Positions 1 through 12,103 of a DNA stretch of 64,000 nucleotides are shown here, piece after piece. Below the pieces are notes generated by a model. It was not told where the DNA came from and made no database searches. It saw only the letters and a list, made by a program, of their open reading frames with translations. Location of the stretch: NCBI GenBank assembly GCA_010909165.1, contig MU008172.1, positions 930,001-994,000 on the forward strand. Direction: 5' to 3'. Position 1 is the stretch's first letter, and each line of letters begins with the position of its first letter. The DNA is from Anthoceros angustus. Lineage: Eukaryota; Plantae; Anthocerotophyta. Both the position numbers and the translations under genes were made by a program.

Positions 1-1750
1 GGAGGTTTGGGAGGGGGACCCTTGTTTACCGATGCCATGGAACTGGGTCGTTTGCAGCTCTACTTCACCACCCCGTGTGACGGATATGTAAGAGCAGCCG
101 CCCCTTGGGTCCCTTTGAAAAAACTTCTTCCTTGTCAGTCCTGAGCAGCAGCCTCACAACTGGACCTGTAATATCACAGCTACCTCTCAGGAAAGAACCT
201 AACAGGCCAGATACCCGGAGGCATCTCTCAAATGGCAAGCCTCGTCAATCTGTATGCCCACTGAACCTCAAATTCAGTTGATTTCCAGTTTGGCTTCATT
301 TCAATGCCTCTGAACATATTACCCATTGTTGCAGCTGGCTGGATAACAATCATCTTACCGGGCCCTTGCCAGACTTGTCTCAGCTGACCAATCTAACAAC
401 ACTGTAGGTACTCAGTGCTTGCTTTCCCTGGGAGACTTCATTGCCGATGCTTTCGAAACTGCTTGGTTGGTGGGGGGCCTCTTTGTCGAATGTAACTGTC
501 ACTCCTGCTGTGTTGTTGCAGACATGTCCAGAATAACAGCTTAAGTGGAAGTTTACCACAATCACTTGTGGCTCTGAGTAGATTAAAAGAATTGTAAGCT
601 TTTACAGGTGCTGAAGTTGGATATCTAGACTGCTTCAAACTTACAAGTTTGTTCCCCCTCCTCAGGCTGTACAAAAAAAAATTTGTCTGATGTAACGACG
701 TGGTATGTCCAGGTTTGTTCAGAACAACGATTTCAAGGGAACGATCCCACCCGATCTTCTGAGAAAACAAAATCTGAACTTTCTGTGAGTTCCCTTGAAG
801 CTGATAAACCCTCTGGCCTAGACCCCTTGTGCGGTCGGCCTCTTATCTCTCACTCCACTTCCCAAAACTCTTTTGCAGATGACTGAGCTCATGACTTGTC
901 TTATGATCCTGGTTGAAATTCTAAAGGTACGATGGTAATTCAAGATTGTGTGCCTCTGGGTGCTCAAAGTCATCGGCTGGAGTTTTGGTGAAAGCAATCG
1001 CTGGGGGAATTGCCGGAGGTCTTGTAGTGCTGGTTGCAGCTATTGCGTTCTACTTTGTCTACATGAGATCACGAAAGAAGAAGCAAGCACACGTAGAAGA
1101 ATCTCTCAAGGGTAGCCATTCACGTTGTTCTTTCCTACGCTTGGATCTCAGCGCTATGGTATTTCTTCTTACATGACGTTCCCGTTGTATATGGACAGAT
1201 CCCCTAAATGATGCAACATCAACATCAACCTTTGCATCAGCATCAGCATCAGCAACAACAACCTCAGCATCAGCCATGTCAGTGGAACGGTTCGGTCAGG
1301 ATGAAGATGGCGCGCAAGCACGTCAGTTTACACGGCAAGAGCTGACTGAGGCCACCGACCGGTACAGAAGGAAAATAGGGCAGGGCGGGTTCGGGCTCGT
1401 GTACTATGGCAGGTTAAAGGAAGGACAGGAAATTGCTGTGAAAGTTCTGGCTGCTGACTCCCGGCAGGGAGCCAAGGAGTTCTTCAACGAGGTAAGCGCA
1501 CCATGAGCTTCCACTCCGTGTGGCTTGCGTAAATTCTGCTTCAGCAACTGTATGTTGATTAGACACACGTCTCGTTAACACCATGTGTTTCAGGTTGCCT
1601 TGCTTTCCAGGGTGCACCACAGGTGCTTGGTATCTCTCTTGGGGTACTGCAGGGATGACAAAGAGAGTATGCTTGTGTACGAGTTCATGCAGAATGGGAC
1701 CTTGAAGGATCATCTTTGTGGTACGACAGGCTGTGACGCTGTCAATCTTG
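1..1750 (+). pseudogene. Partial duplicate of the malectin-like LRR-RLK (LRR, TM and start of kinase), ending just after a kinase exon; possibly an assembly duplicate
   Basis: 1-~1750 is near-identical to ~2029-3755 (both begin ggaggtttgggaggg..gacccttgtttaccgatgcc) and differs mostly by single-base indels. Confidence 0.75.
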
Positions 1751-4745
1751 AGAAAAATCAAGGAAGTTATGTGGCCTGGGGCCGGGATTTGACAATGTCA
1801 GCCTTCCTCAGCTGCTGCAGTTCGAATTCACATCCACTCCCTCCTCCAACGTCGGGCCCATCTTGAATGCATTGGAGATCCTCAAAATCGTGCCTATTGT
1901 TGCCCTATTGTTGGATGTAGACGGTGAGCACCTGCTTTGTAGCAAGTTTCTGCATGTATTTGACCACTGCTGATCTCGACGCTTGAACTTGGCAGAGGCA
2001 GGACTTCTAGAGCTTAGGTCACTTCTAGGGAGGTTTGGGAGGGGACCCTTGTTTACCGATGCCATGGAACTGGGTCGTTTGCAGCTCTACTTCACCACCC
2101 GTGTGACGGATATGTAAGAGCAGCCGCCCTTGGGTCCCTTTGAAAAACTTCTTCCTTGTCAGTCCTGAGCAGCAGCCTCACAACTGGACCTGTAATATCA
2201 CAGCTACCTCTCAGGAAAGAACCTAACAGGCCAGATACCCGGAGGCATCTCTCAAATGGCAAGCCTCGTCAATCTGTATGCCCACTGAACCTCAAATTCA
2301 GTTGATTTCCAGTTTGGCTTCATTTCAATGCCTCTGAACATATTACCCATTGTTGCAGCTGGCTGGATAACAATCATCTTACCGGGCCCTTGCCAGACTT
2401 GTCTCAGCTGACCAATCTAACAACACTGTAGGTACTCAGTGCTTGCTTTCCCTGGGAGACTTCATTGCCGATGCTTTCAGAAACTGCTTGGTTGGTGGGG
2501 GCCTCTTTGTCGAATGTAACTGTCACTCCTGCTGTGTTGTTGCAGACATGTCCAGAATAACAGCTTAAGTGGAAGTTTACCACAATCACTTGTGGCTCTG
2601 AGTAGATTAAAAGAATTGTAAGCTTTTACAGGTGCTGAAGTTGGATATCTAGACTGCTTCAAACTTACAAGTTTGTTCCCCTCCTCAGGCTGTACAAAAA
2701 AATTTGTCTGATGTAACGACGTGGTATGTCCAGGTTTGTTCAGAACAACGATTTCAAGGGAACGATCCCACCCGATCTTCTGAGAAAACAAAATCTGAAC
2801 TTTCTGTGAGTTCCCTTGAAGCTGATAAACCCTCTGGCCTAGACCCCTTGTGCGGTCGGCCTCTTATCTCACTCCACTTCCCAAAACTCTTTTGCAGATG
2901 ACTGATGACTTGTCTTATGATCCTGGTTGAAATTCTAAAGGTACGATGGTAATTCAAGATTGTGTGCCTCTGGGTGCTCAAAGTCATCGGCTGGAGTTTT
3001 GGTGAAAGCAATCGCTGGGGGAATTGCCGGAGGTCTTGTAGTGCTGGTTGCAGCTATTGCGTTCTACTTTGTCTACATGAGATCACGAAAGAAGAAGCAA
3101 GCACACGTAGAAGAATCTCTCAAGGGTAGCCATTCACGTTGTTCTTTCCTACGCTTGGATCTCAGCGCTATGGTATTTCTTCTTACATGACGTTCCGTTG
3201 TATATGGACAGATCCCCTAAATGATGCAACATCAACATCAACCTTTGCATCAGCATCAGCATCAGCAACAACAACCTCAGCATCAGCCATGTCAGTGGAA
3301 CGGTTCGGTCAGGATGAAGATGGCGCGCAAGCACGTCAGTTTACACGGCAAGAGCTGACTGAGGCCACCGACCGGTACAGAAGGAAAATAGGGCAGGGCG
3401 GGTTCGGGCTCGTGTACTATGGCAGGTTAAAGGAAGGACAGGAAATTGCTGTGAAAGTTCTGGCTGCTGACTCCCGGCAGGGAGCCAAGGAGTTCTTCAA
3501 CGAGGTAAGCGCACCATGAGCTTCCACTCCGTGTGGCTTGCGTAAATTCTGCTTCAGCAACTGTATGTTGATTAGACACACGTCTCGTTAACACCATGTG
3601 TTTCAGGTTGCCTTGCTTTCCAGGGTGCACCACAGGTGCTTGGTATCTCTCTTGGGGTACTGCAGGGATGACAAAGAGAGTATGCTTGTGTACGAGTTCA
3701 TGCAGAATGGGACCTTGAAGGATCATCTTTGTGGTACGACAGGCTGTGACGCTGTCCAATCTTGGATGCCTGAACAAGTGAAAGCATGTTAACCAGAGAT
3801 TGCATGGTGCTATCCATACTAAGTATGTGCAGGACTTGTGTTGCGCGTTCAGGGCCAGAGAGTAAGATGCAAAGTTTGGCATGGATGTCCAGACTTCGCA
3901 TTGCGCTGGATGCTGCAACTGCCTTGCATTATCTTCACGAGGGTTGCAATCCTCCCATCATCCACAGAGATGTGAAGAGCAGCAACATTTTGCTAGACTC
4001 TGATTTGAGTGCCAAAGTAGCCGATTTCGGGCTGTCCAAGCTCATGTCCGAGCAGGGGAAGGCTGACTACACCATCTCAATCCAGGGGACGGTGGGCTAC
4101 CTCGATCCAGAGTACATCCACATCGCAACTCATAGTCTCTAGGGCCATTAGTATCCAAAAATTTCTGATTCCGCTGACCACAATATTGTGACCTTGTGCC
4201 TGTGTGCAGTTACTACGTTTTGCAACGGTTGACACAGAAGAGTGATGTGTACAGCTTTGGAGTGGTGCTGCTGGAGATTTTGTCAGGGAGGGAGCCCATC
4301 TTTTCCGCACTACATCCACCTGAAAACAGCATCGTGTATTGGGTACGTACATGGCTTGGATTGTGAACATGGTTTAAAAAGAAAGAGGAATATTCGTTCA
4401 TGTCATTGAACATGATTTCAGGCAAGGTCCCTGGCGCAACGCGGTGACGTTCAAGGCATTCTGGATCCTCGTCTAGGGGAGGGTTACCGGCTGGAGGCCG
4501 TGTGGAAGGTGGCGGAGATAGCACTGCTGAGCGTGGAGCCCCAGGGGCACCACAGGCCCAGCATGGGTGACATCGTTCGGGAGCTGAAGGACGCCATCGC
4601 CATGGAATCAAGGGAGCGGGAAGAAAGCGAATGTCCGCCTGAGAGAACCGCGCTGTCGACTCCGGGGCCATCGCACCAGCACATGGACTTGTCGCTTACC
4701 GACAGTTCGTTCAGCCTGTCGTCCGATGCAGTCAGGGAACCCTAG
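1747..4745 (+). CDS. Malectin-like LRR receptor-like kinase (LRR-I type), multi-exon; 5' part of the ectodomain is not in this copy
   Basis: [12 protein letters not shown] (end of malectin-like domain), [18 protein letters not shown] cap, [24 protein letters not shown], kinase motifs [44 protein letters not shown]; GT-AG introns; stop TAG 4743-4745. Confidence 0.9.
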
Positions 4746-5116
4746 CCAGTGGCCGCCCCGGCCCACCCTCCGTGTGCAAGCCACTTGGCAAGCTTGGCTC
4801 GTCCTTATGCTTCATCTGTCTGCGTGGTGGAAGCTGGGATGTTGTGAGGCCGGCTGTGACCCCGCCGGAAGATCTGCATTTTGGCGTATGTACATGTTGG
4901 TTTTCGTACGGGCGTGATGTTCGCGGGTTTTGACAGCATCTGCGGCTGCCGGCCGTGGCCGCGGAATGGGAACCTCGAGTGGGGCTCTGCCTGAAGTCTT
5001 TGGACATGGCCAGGCCGTCCCCCTGGTCACGACGGCAGAGCAGTCTGTCGAGCAGCCCGGCTGCTTCATGAGCTCGCGAGTGCCGCGACCGCAACGCCGT
5101 GCCCCACATTCCTGCC

Positions 5117-8100
5117 ATGCCTCCCGAGGGTAGGAACCCGAATGGCCACGGCCCCGGATCCCCCCGGGATCGGGGCCGCAGCCGGGTTGCTGTCGCGGAG
5201 GTGGATACCGCGCCCCGCCACAGCGCCGTGTTCGATCCGTCTGGGGATCTCACAAAGATCCCAGAGGAGCTGCACTCGGATGCGAGTGCGGTGAGCACGC
5301 TCCCGGATGCGGAGGGAAAAACTGACCCCGACGTGGAGACAAACCCTAAGGCCGAGGAAGCGAGGGCGCTGGCGGCCCCTGCGGGCAAGATGTTCTCCAT
5401 GGCGGAGCCATTCGACTACCTGCTCATGGCCGTGGGGAGCATCGGGGCGTTCGGCCACGGCCTCGTCCTGCCTGGCTTAATGATCGTGTTCGGAGGCATG
5501 GTGAACGCCTTGGGAGCATACCGGGGCGACCCCGACGAAAATTCCAAAATGGCTGCACGGATTGCGCATGTATGAATTCATCGTCATCTCTAGAAGCCTC
5601 CAGCTACGCACTCACTGACTGAGCTTCCCAGCAGCCAGGGGTGTAAGTGACTGATTCTCGGTGACACCGTGTGCCTGCAGCTCTCCATCTTCTCCTTCTT
5701 ATTTGCATGCAGCACAATCGTTACTTCCACTCTTCGTAAGCTCGCCGCTGCCATGACGTCCTTGGTGAGTTTATGAACATTTGTGTGCTCTGGGGGTTTC
5801 CAGTTGAGTCTGAAGCGAATTTCATGTGCAGAGGTGGGATGTTGGATCTACACCGGAGAGCGACAGGCTGTGAAGCTCCGGTCCCAGGTGCTCAGGGCTG
5901 TGCTCAGGCAGGATGTGGGATACTTCGACACGGAATCTCAAACCGCTGCCATTGTTGGTCACATTTCTTCCGACATCGCCATCATCCAGGATGGCACCAG
6001 CGATAAGGTAGGTGACCGCAAGCGCAATAAGCAAGGCGTCACGTCCGTTATACAAAGCACCATCAAAAAGCTTGACTTGCATGTGACTCCGTTTGGGCCG
6101 CTGCAGATAGGCCACCTGGTGCAGCACATGACTACATTCGTATCCGGATTGGCGGTAGGATTCATCTACGCCTGGAAGCTATCTCTGTTGACGGTGGCTA
6201 CTGTTCCTGCGATCGCTCTTGTCGGGGCAGTGTACAATAAGGTGGCCGTGTCACTGAGTGCCCAATCTCAAGAGGCTTATGGCCAAGCCACCAGCGTGGT
6301 TGAACAGGTGAGCCGCATACACCACACAAGTTCGCCATCGCCATGGCTGGGGCTAGTTCTTGTATGAACATGTAGTGCGTGGTGTGTGCTACCAGGCCGT
6401 CACCCAGATTCGGGCAGTTTACTCCTATGTGGAAGAATCCAGTGCGATAAAGGCGCTGTCCAAAGCCCTGGAATCCACCGTCAGCATTGGCAAGCGAGCC
6501 GGGTTAGCCAAGGGTCTTGGAATTGGATCCTTAACAGCAGCGGTGAACTGTTCCTGGTCTCTCCTGCTTTGGTATGCTGGAGTGCTGGTGGGCAAGGGGG
6601 AGTCAACTGGAGGGAGGGTCATCACCGCAGTGTTCTCCATCATCTTCGGTGGAATGTAAGTGCCCTTGTGGACACCTCCAACGTTCCCTCTGTCAGTGCA
6701 GCAATTTGTTTTGAAATGTTTTTGTGATGCGAAGTGTCGGGTGTGGTCAGGTCCTTGGGCATAGCGGCACCGGATTTCCAAGCATTTGCGCAGGCCAGGG
6801 TTGTGGCCTACAAGATATTCCTTCTCCTGGATCGCAAGCCTCTGGTAGAAGAGGCCAAAAACGCGAAGCGGCTGACGAAGGTGACAGGCCGCATCGAGTT
6901 CCACAATGTGAGCTTCGCGTACCCGAGCAGGCCCCAATCCTTGGTTCTCAACAGCCTGTCCCTGTACGTTCCGGCTGGCAAAGTGGTGGCTCTGGTGGGT
7001 GGCAGCGGCTCGGGCAAGAGCACCGTCATCTCCCTCATCGAGCGCTTCTACGATCCCACAGCTGGGGAGATCTTGCTGGACGGCGTCGACATCAAGCAGC
7101 TCCAGCTCAAATGGCTCAGAAACCAGATCGGGCTCGTGAGCCAGGAGCCCTCTCTGTTCGCCACCAGCATCAGAGACAACATCGCGTATGGCAAAGCTGC
7201 AGGCAGCGAGGTGACGGATGATGCCATCGAAGGCGCAGCCAAGGCTGCAAATGCGCATTCCTTCATCACCAAGCTTCCTCTGGGCTACCAGTCTCAGGTG
7301 GGAGAGCGCGGATTCCAGCTATCAGGAGGCCAGAAGCAGCGGCTGGCGATTGCCCGGGCCATCCTCCGGAATCCGACCATTCTGCTGCTGGACGAAGCCA
7401 CCAGCGCTCTGGACACGGAGTCGGAACGGGTTGTGCAGGAGGCGCTGGACAGCCTCATGCTGGGGCGGACGACGCTGGTGGTGGCGCACAGACTGGCCAC
7501 CATCCGCAACGCGGACATGATTGCAGTCATGCAGTTGGGGCAGCTTGTGGAGCTGGGATCGCACAAGGAGCTCATGGAGATCGAGAACGGAGTGTACAAG
7601 GCTATGGTGTTGACGCAGCAGCACGCTGGCGACATGGCTCCACGCAGGTTTGCAAATTCAGTCTCAGTCGGGATGGATGCAATGCTTGGCTGTTGTTGTT
7701 GCACTTTTCAAGAGGATGCTCACATCGGAGCGTTTGTGCCTGCAGAGTTGCCCTGTCTCCAGCTCGGCATTCCTTCTCCCAGCACAGCTCCTTGGCTGGC
7801 TCCCCCGCGCATGGTTATGGGCAGCCTGCGCGGCGCTCATTTGCCGGCAGCTCGGGGCTTGCACCCCCTCGCCGCTCCTTTGCAGCAGCGTCGCCACTGC
7901 CAGGCTACTCTCCTTCCGCCTTCGTGTCCAGAATGTCGCCGGCACCCGCTATGCCCTTCTCTCCGGCATCGGTGGCAGATTTCTCCATCGCCTTTTCCCC
8001 GGGCTCCATGACACCTTCGCACAGGCGGCGTATGAGCTTGACGGAGTCGGAGATGCAGGAGAAGCCAGCCCACAAGTATTCAGGGCTGGAGGAGCTGGAC

Positions 8101-10095
8101 AAGGATGGTGGTGACGAGGGAAAATCAGCCTCCTTGCCGCTGCGATTGTTCAGGCTGAGCCTCCCGAGCTGGCCTTACACCGTGCTGGGGAGCATCGGAA
8201 GTGTGATCGCGGGCGCCATGACGCCTCTCTTCATCTTCTACTTGTTTGAGGTGACGGTGGCCTTCTTCGACCCGGACACTCACAGGATGAAACGAACGAT
8301 TCAAAAGTGGATCATCGTGTACGCCGGCTTGGGAATGGGCTCCCTGTTGGGCAATGCGCTGGAGCATTACTCCTTCGGCAGAGTTGGGGAGACGGTGACC
8401 AAGCGCGTCCAAGAAGACATGTTTGCAGGTGAGTGGAACCTTTGTTGCAAGCGTGCTGCACCTGTGGAGCTCATCTGACACTGCTTACAAACTTGTGCAT
8501 CCATGTGTATGTCATCAGCCATGCTGGATTTCGAGGTTGGCTGGTTCGACCAGGAGGAGAACAACAGTGGGGCTATCCTGAGTCGCTTCTCCTCGGATGC
8601 CGTGTGCATCAAAACGGCAGTGGCAGATCGGGCGGCTCAAGTGGTACAGAACGTGGCTGCTTTCACGGTTGCCATCGTTGTGGGCTTGTTTACCGAATGG
8701 CGCATGGTGCTTCTGGCCATCGGGTGTCTGCCTTTCTACCTGTTCGGAGGCATCACCATGGTAATCCGTCACCCACCTCTCTATGACATGACTGATGCGT
8801 TTGCTTGGGTTGGGTTGAAGTAGATGCTTCCGAACCCACAGCCTATGCCTGTGGCGTCCGTGTGACAGATTCAATCCATGTCAGGCTTTTCCGGGAAACT
8901 GAGCAAACAACACGAGGAAGCCAACAAGGTGGCAGCCGAAGCTGTGAACAACTTCCGCACCGTCATCTCCTTCTCGGCGGAGGACCAAGTACTGGGCAGG
9001 TTCAACAAGGTGCTCGAAGGGCCAGCCAAAAAGGGACTGGGACGCTCCGCCAAGGTGGGCGCCATCTTTGGCTTGAGCCAGTTCAGTCTGCACGCCAGCT
9101 CCGCGCTCAGCCTGTGGTTCTGCTCGGTGCTGGTCCAGAAGCGGCTCAGCAGCTTCCTTCACGCGCTGCAAACGTTCCAGAGCCTGTCCCAAACCGCTTA
9201 CGCCCTGGCGGAGGTGATGACCCTGCTGCCGGCCATGGTCCAGGCCGGGCAGGCGCTGGCCTCCGTCTTCTCCATCATCGACCGCCATTCGGGCGGCCCC
9301 GGCCCCGGCCCCGGCCCCGGGGGCTCCACGGGCAAGAAGAAGGTGTCGGAGGTGCAGGGGCACATCCAGCTGACGGACGTGCAGCTGAGCTACCCGAGCC
9401 GGCCCGACGTGCTGGTGCTGCGCGGGCTGTCGCTCAAGATCCAGGCGGGCAAGACGACGGCCCTGGTGGGCGAGAGCGGGTCGGGGAAGAGCTCCGTCAT
9501 CGCGCTGATCGAGCGCTTCTACGAGCCCACGTTCGGGTACCTGACGCTGGACGGGCGGGACATGACGACGCTGGACGTGCGGTGGCAGCGCAGGCAGATC
9601 GGGCTGGTGCAGCAGGAGCCGGCGCTGTTCCAGATGTCCATCCGCGACAACATCCTGTACGGGTGCGGGGAGGCGAGGAAGGCGGAGGCAGAGGTGGTGG
9701 CGGCCGCCAAGATGGCCAACGCGCACACCTTCATCTCGGCGCTGCCCGAGGGGTACGACACGCCCGTTGGCCCCCGCGGCGTGCAGCTGTCGGGCGGGCA
9801 GAGGCAGCGCATCGCCATCGCCAGGGCCGTGCTCAAGGCCCCCAAGATCCTGCTGCTGGACGAGGCCACCAGCGCGCTGGATGTGGAGTCGGAGAGGCTG
9901 GTGCAGGAGGCGCTGTGGCAGCTCATGAGCAGCGGCAGGCACACCACCGTGGTGGTGGCGCACCGCCTCTCCACCGTGCGCAGCTCCGACGCCATCGCCG
10001 TGCTGCGCCATGGCGTGCTCGACCAGATGGGAACGCACCACGACTTGATGGCCAACCAGGGCACTTACGCCCGCCTCGTCCGTGCCCAAACTTAG
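5117..10095 (+). CDS. ABCB: Full-size ABC transporter, subfamily B (MDR/P-glycoprotein), multi-exon
   Basis: TMD-NBD-TMD-NBD layout; Walker [10 protein letters not shown] and GESGSGKSS; signatures LSGGQKQR and LSGGQRQR; Walker [13 protein letters not shown] twice; first ATG at 5117, stop at 10095. Confidence 0.95.
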
Positions 10096-10695
10096 ATCCC
10101 TAAACCCTGAACGTCGCTCTCGTGGGATTGGGAACCTCCTCTTGGTTGTCATGGACTCGCTGAAAAGTTGCGATCCCCTCCCTTTTCTGGCTAATCAGAG
10201 CTCATAGCTCGTTGGAAAGAGGAGCCTGACGCGATCCGCGATCCTTGCTCTCATTTTCGCGGATTTTTCAACCAAAGAAGGACGCCAACATGCCATTAGT
10301 CAGTTTCCCATGATTTTCCGTCCAAAAAGTAGCCAGAATCGGCTGCCGTTTACCAACTGGACAGAATGCTAGGATCTTCTTGTGCTTTAGGGCCATTTAC
10401 AATAGGTGTAGAGACTATCTTTTATGAGTTTTTGTATAGGTTAATCAGCTCTAAGCATATAATGCATTCATTAGTTATGCATGCTACACACTTTTCTTTT
10501 GCTCAACAACATTAGCTTGGACAAATAAGAACCAAAACGTAGCAAACCTGAATTTGATTTAGTTATTTGATATTTACATAGATATCTTACAACGAATTTA
10601 TTGCATGCATTTACTATGAGCAACCATGTTCATTGCGAACTGTTAGAACCATGCCGTTTTAGAAATTCAGTGCCCTATTTTAAAGGAGAACTCAG

Positions 10696-10795
10696 CAATT
10701 AAACCCATAGGAGCAAACTATACAATTTAACCCCTAGGAACAAACTATACAATTTAACCCCTAGGAACAAACTATACAATTTAACCCCTAGGAAC
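10696..10795. repeat. 27-bp tandem repeat, about 3.7 units (CAATTTAACCCCTAGGAACAAACTATA)
   Basis: Three full units plus a 19-nt partial unit, no spacers, in AT-rich DNA. Confidence 0.9.
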
Positions 10796-11002
10796 GATGA
10801 ATATTAGGATAAGTATTACCATTTGGATGACACACTACAGTCATTACATATGAATATTCTCTAAAGTGAATCAATATTAAGATGAGTATCATCGTGATTT
10901 GAAAATGATTTTCAAATAGATACCTAAATAGTAATGGCACTGGTGAAATAAGGTAGAAAGGTGAAAAGTTAAAAGAGGTAAAAGGCTAATTAGTAGCTGC
11001 CC

Positions 11003-11741
11003 TGTTAAGAAGATGCATGTGTTGCATGCTTCATGCAATCTCCTATTAGAGAGGAATTGCTACACCCACTAATGAGGAGCTACCTAGAGAGGACTCTTAG
11101 TGATCAGTGGTCTGTAAGAATCCCATGAGTTAATAGCTACCTAGTTGAGCTCACGGTGCGGGATATATACGTGCTAGAGCAAGGGCTTTGAGAACACTCA
11201 TTTTGAGAGAGCACGCAAGTGCGCTGCAAGCCTTGTGTTGAGAGAGAGCAGTGGAGAGCTTAACTAGTAAGTTTGTCGTGGAGTCAAGGGCAGTAGCCAG
11301 TTGGACGTAGATAGCCAGACTCAAGGGTGTATCCTATCAATAAAGAGCAGCACCTCAAGGAGGTGGCCTGCGAGTTGTCAGTGGACCGACGCCGAGCTAC
11401 TTGGAGCCTAGTGCTACGTCGTGAGGTTGAGAGCGCTGAGAATCGTGCAAGTCTCTTGTGGAGTGAATTGGCAAGGTCCTAGACCGCTGGGAAGCCAGCA
11501 CTTGTCGCTTCCTTACTGGCTGCGTAGTGAGGGGCGTTACTTTGTGGTATCAGAGCGTAGTCTATTCCTCCAAGTGACTAGAGAGTGCACAAGATAATCA
11601 ATCAAAAGCGCAAGGAGATGCTGAAGAAGCAGCAGTCTCTCACCGATCGTGTGCCTCAACCGCCTGAAGATTCATCATCTTCAGAAGAAGAGGAAGTGAG
11701 AGTGCTGCTTGAGAATACAACAGGCTTGTATGGAGAGAAAA
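11003..11741 (+). mobile_element. LTR retrotransposon 5' end: LTR, PBS and start of a gag-like sequence
   Basis: tRNA-iMet PBS TGGTATCAGAGC at 11545-11556, followed by an acidic reading frame (PPEDSSSSEEEE). LTR start at TG 11003 is inferred because no second LTR is visible. Confidence 0.7.
11545..11556 (+). promoter_or_regulatory. Primer binding site (initiator tRNA-Met)
   Basis: Exact TGGTATCAGAGC, the canonical plant LTR retrotransposon PBS. Confidence 0.85.
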
Positions 11742-11769
11742 CACCATAAATTTTGAAGGGGGGGAATAT
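11740..11769 (+). repeat. Left TIR AACACCATAAATTTTGAAGGGGGGGAATAT
   Basis: 30/30 reverse-complement match to 25598-25627. The outer 2 nt may belong to the flank, so the true terminus could be CACC. Confidence 0.92.
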
Positions 11770-12103
11770 ACAAACCCCCTTCAAGGAAAAAATAACCCCT
11801 TTGACGGAAAAGACACCATCCTCAAATTGCGGAAAACGGCTGGTTTCAGAATACAGACACCATCCGTGTATGCATATCCATAGCGGAAAACCAAACTAAA
11901 TGGCATCCCCCGCACGAACCCCACATGCGGCCGTGGCCACTACTACAAACAAAGCACAGTGTAACAACAAAATTTGAGAAAAGTCCCATTGTTAAATTTA
12001 AAAGGGTTCGGAAACATCCGGAACATGCATGTTCTCGTAGTAGCAAAACTAGCAAAACTAAACACCTACACCGCTAAGCGCATAGGGAGAATTTGCTAAT
12101 CGC

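Noticed and set aside
8805-10152. Long overlapping alternative-frame and antisense ORFs (432 aa, 423 aa) in ABCB
   Set aside because: Expected by-product of very high GC3; no recognisable motifs
10696-10795. CRISPR array
   Set aside because: The repeats abut with no spacers, there are no cas genes, and the context is eukaryotic
11736-11741. A defined TSD for the methyltransferase element
   Set aside because: The flanks (GAGAAAA / TTAATT) give only AA/AA or no match depending on the chosen terminus, and they appear to come from different elements
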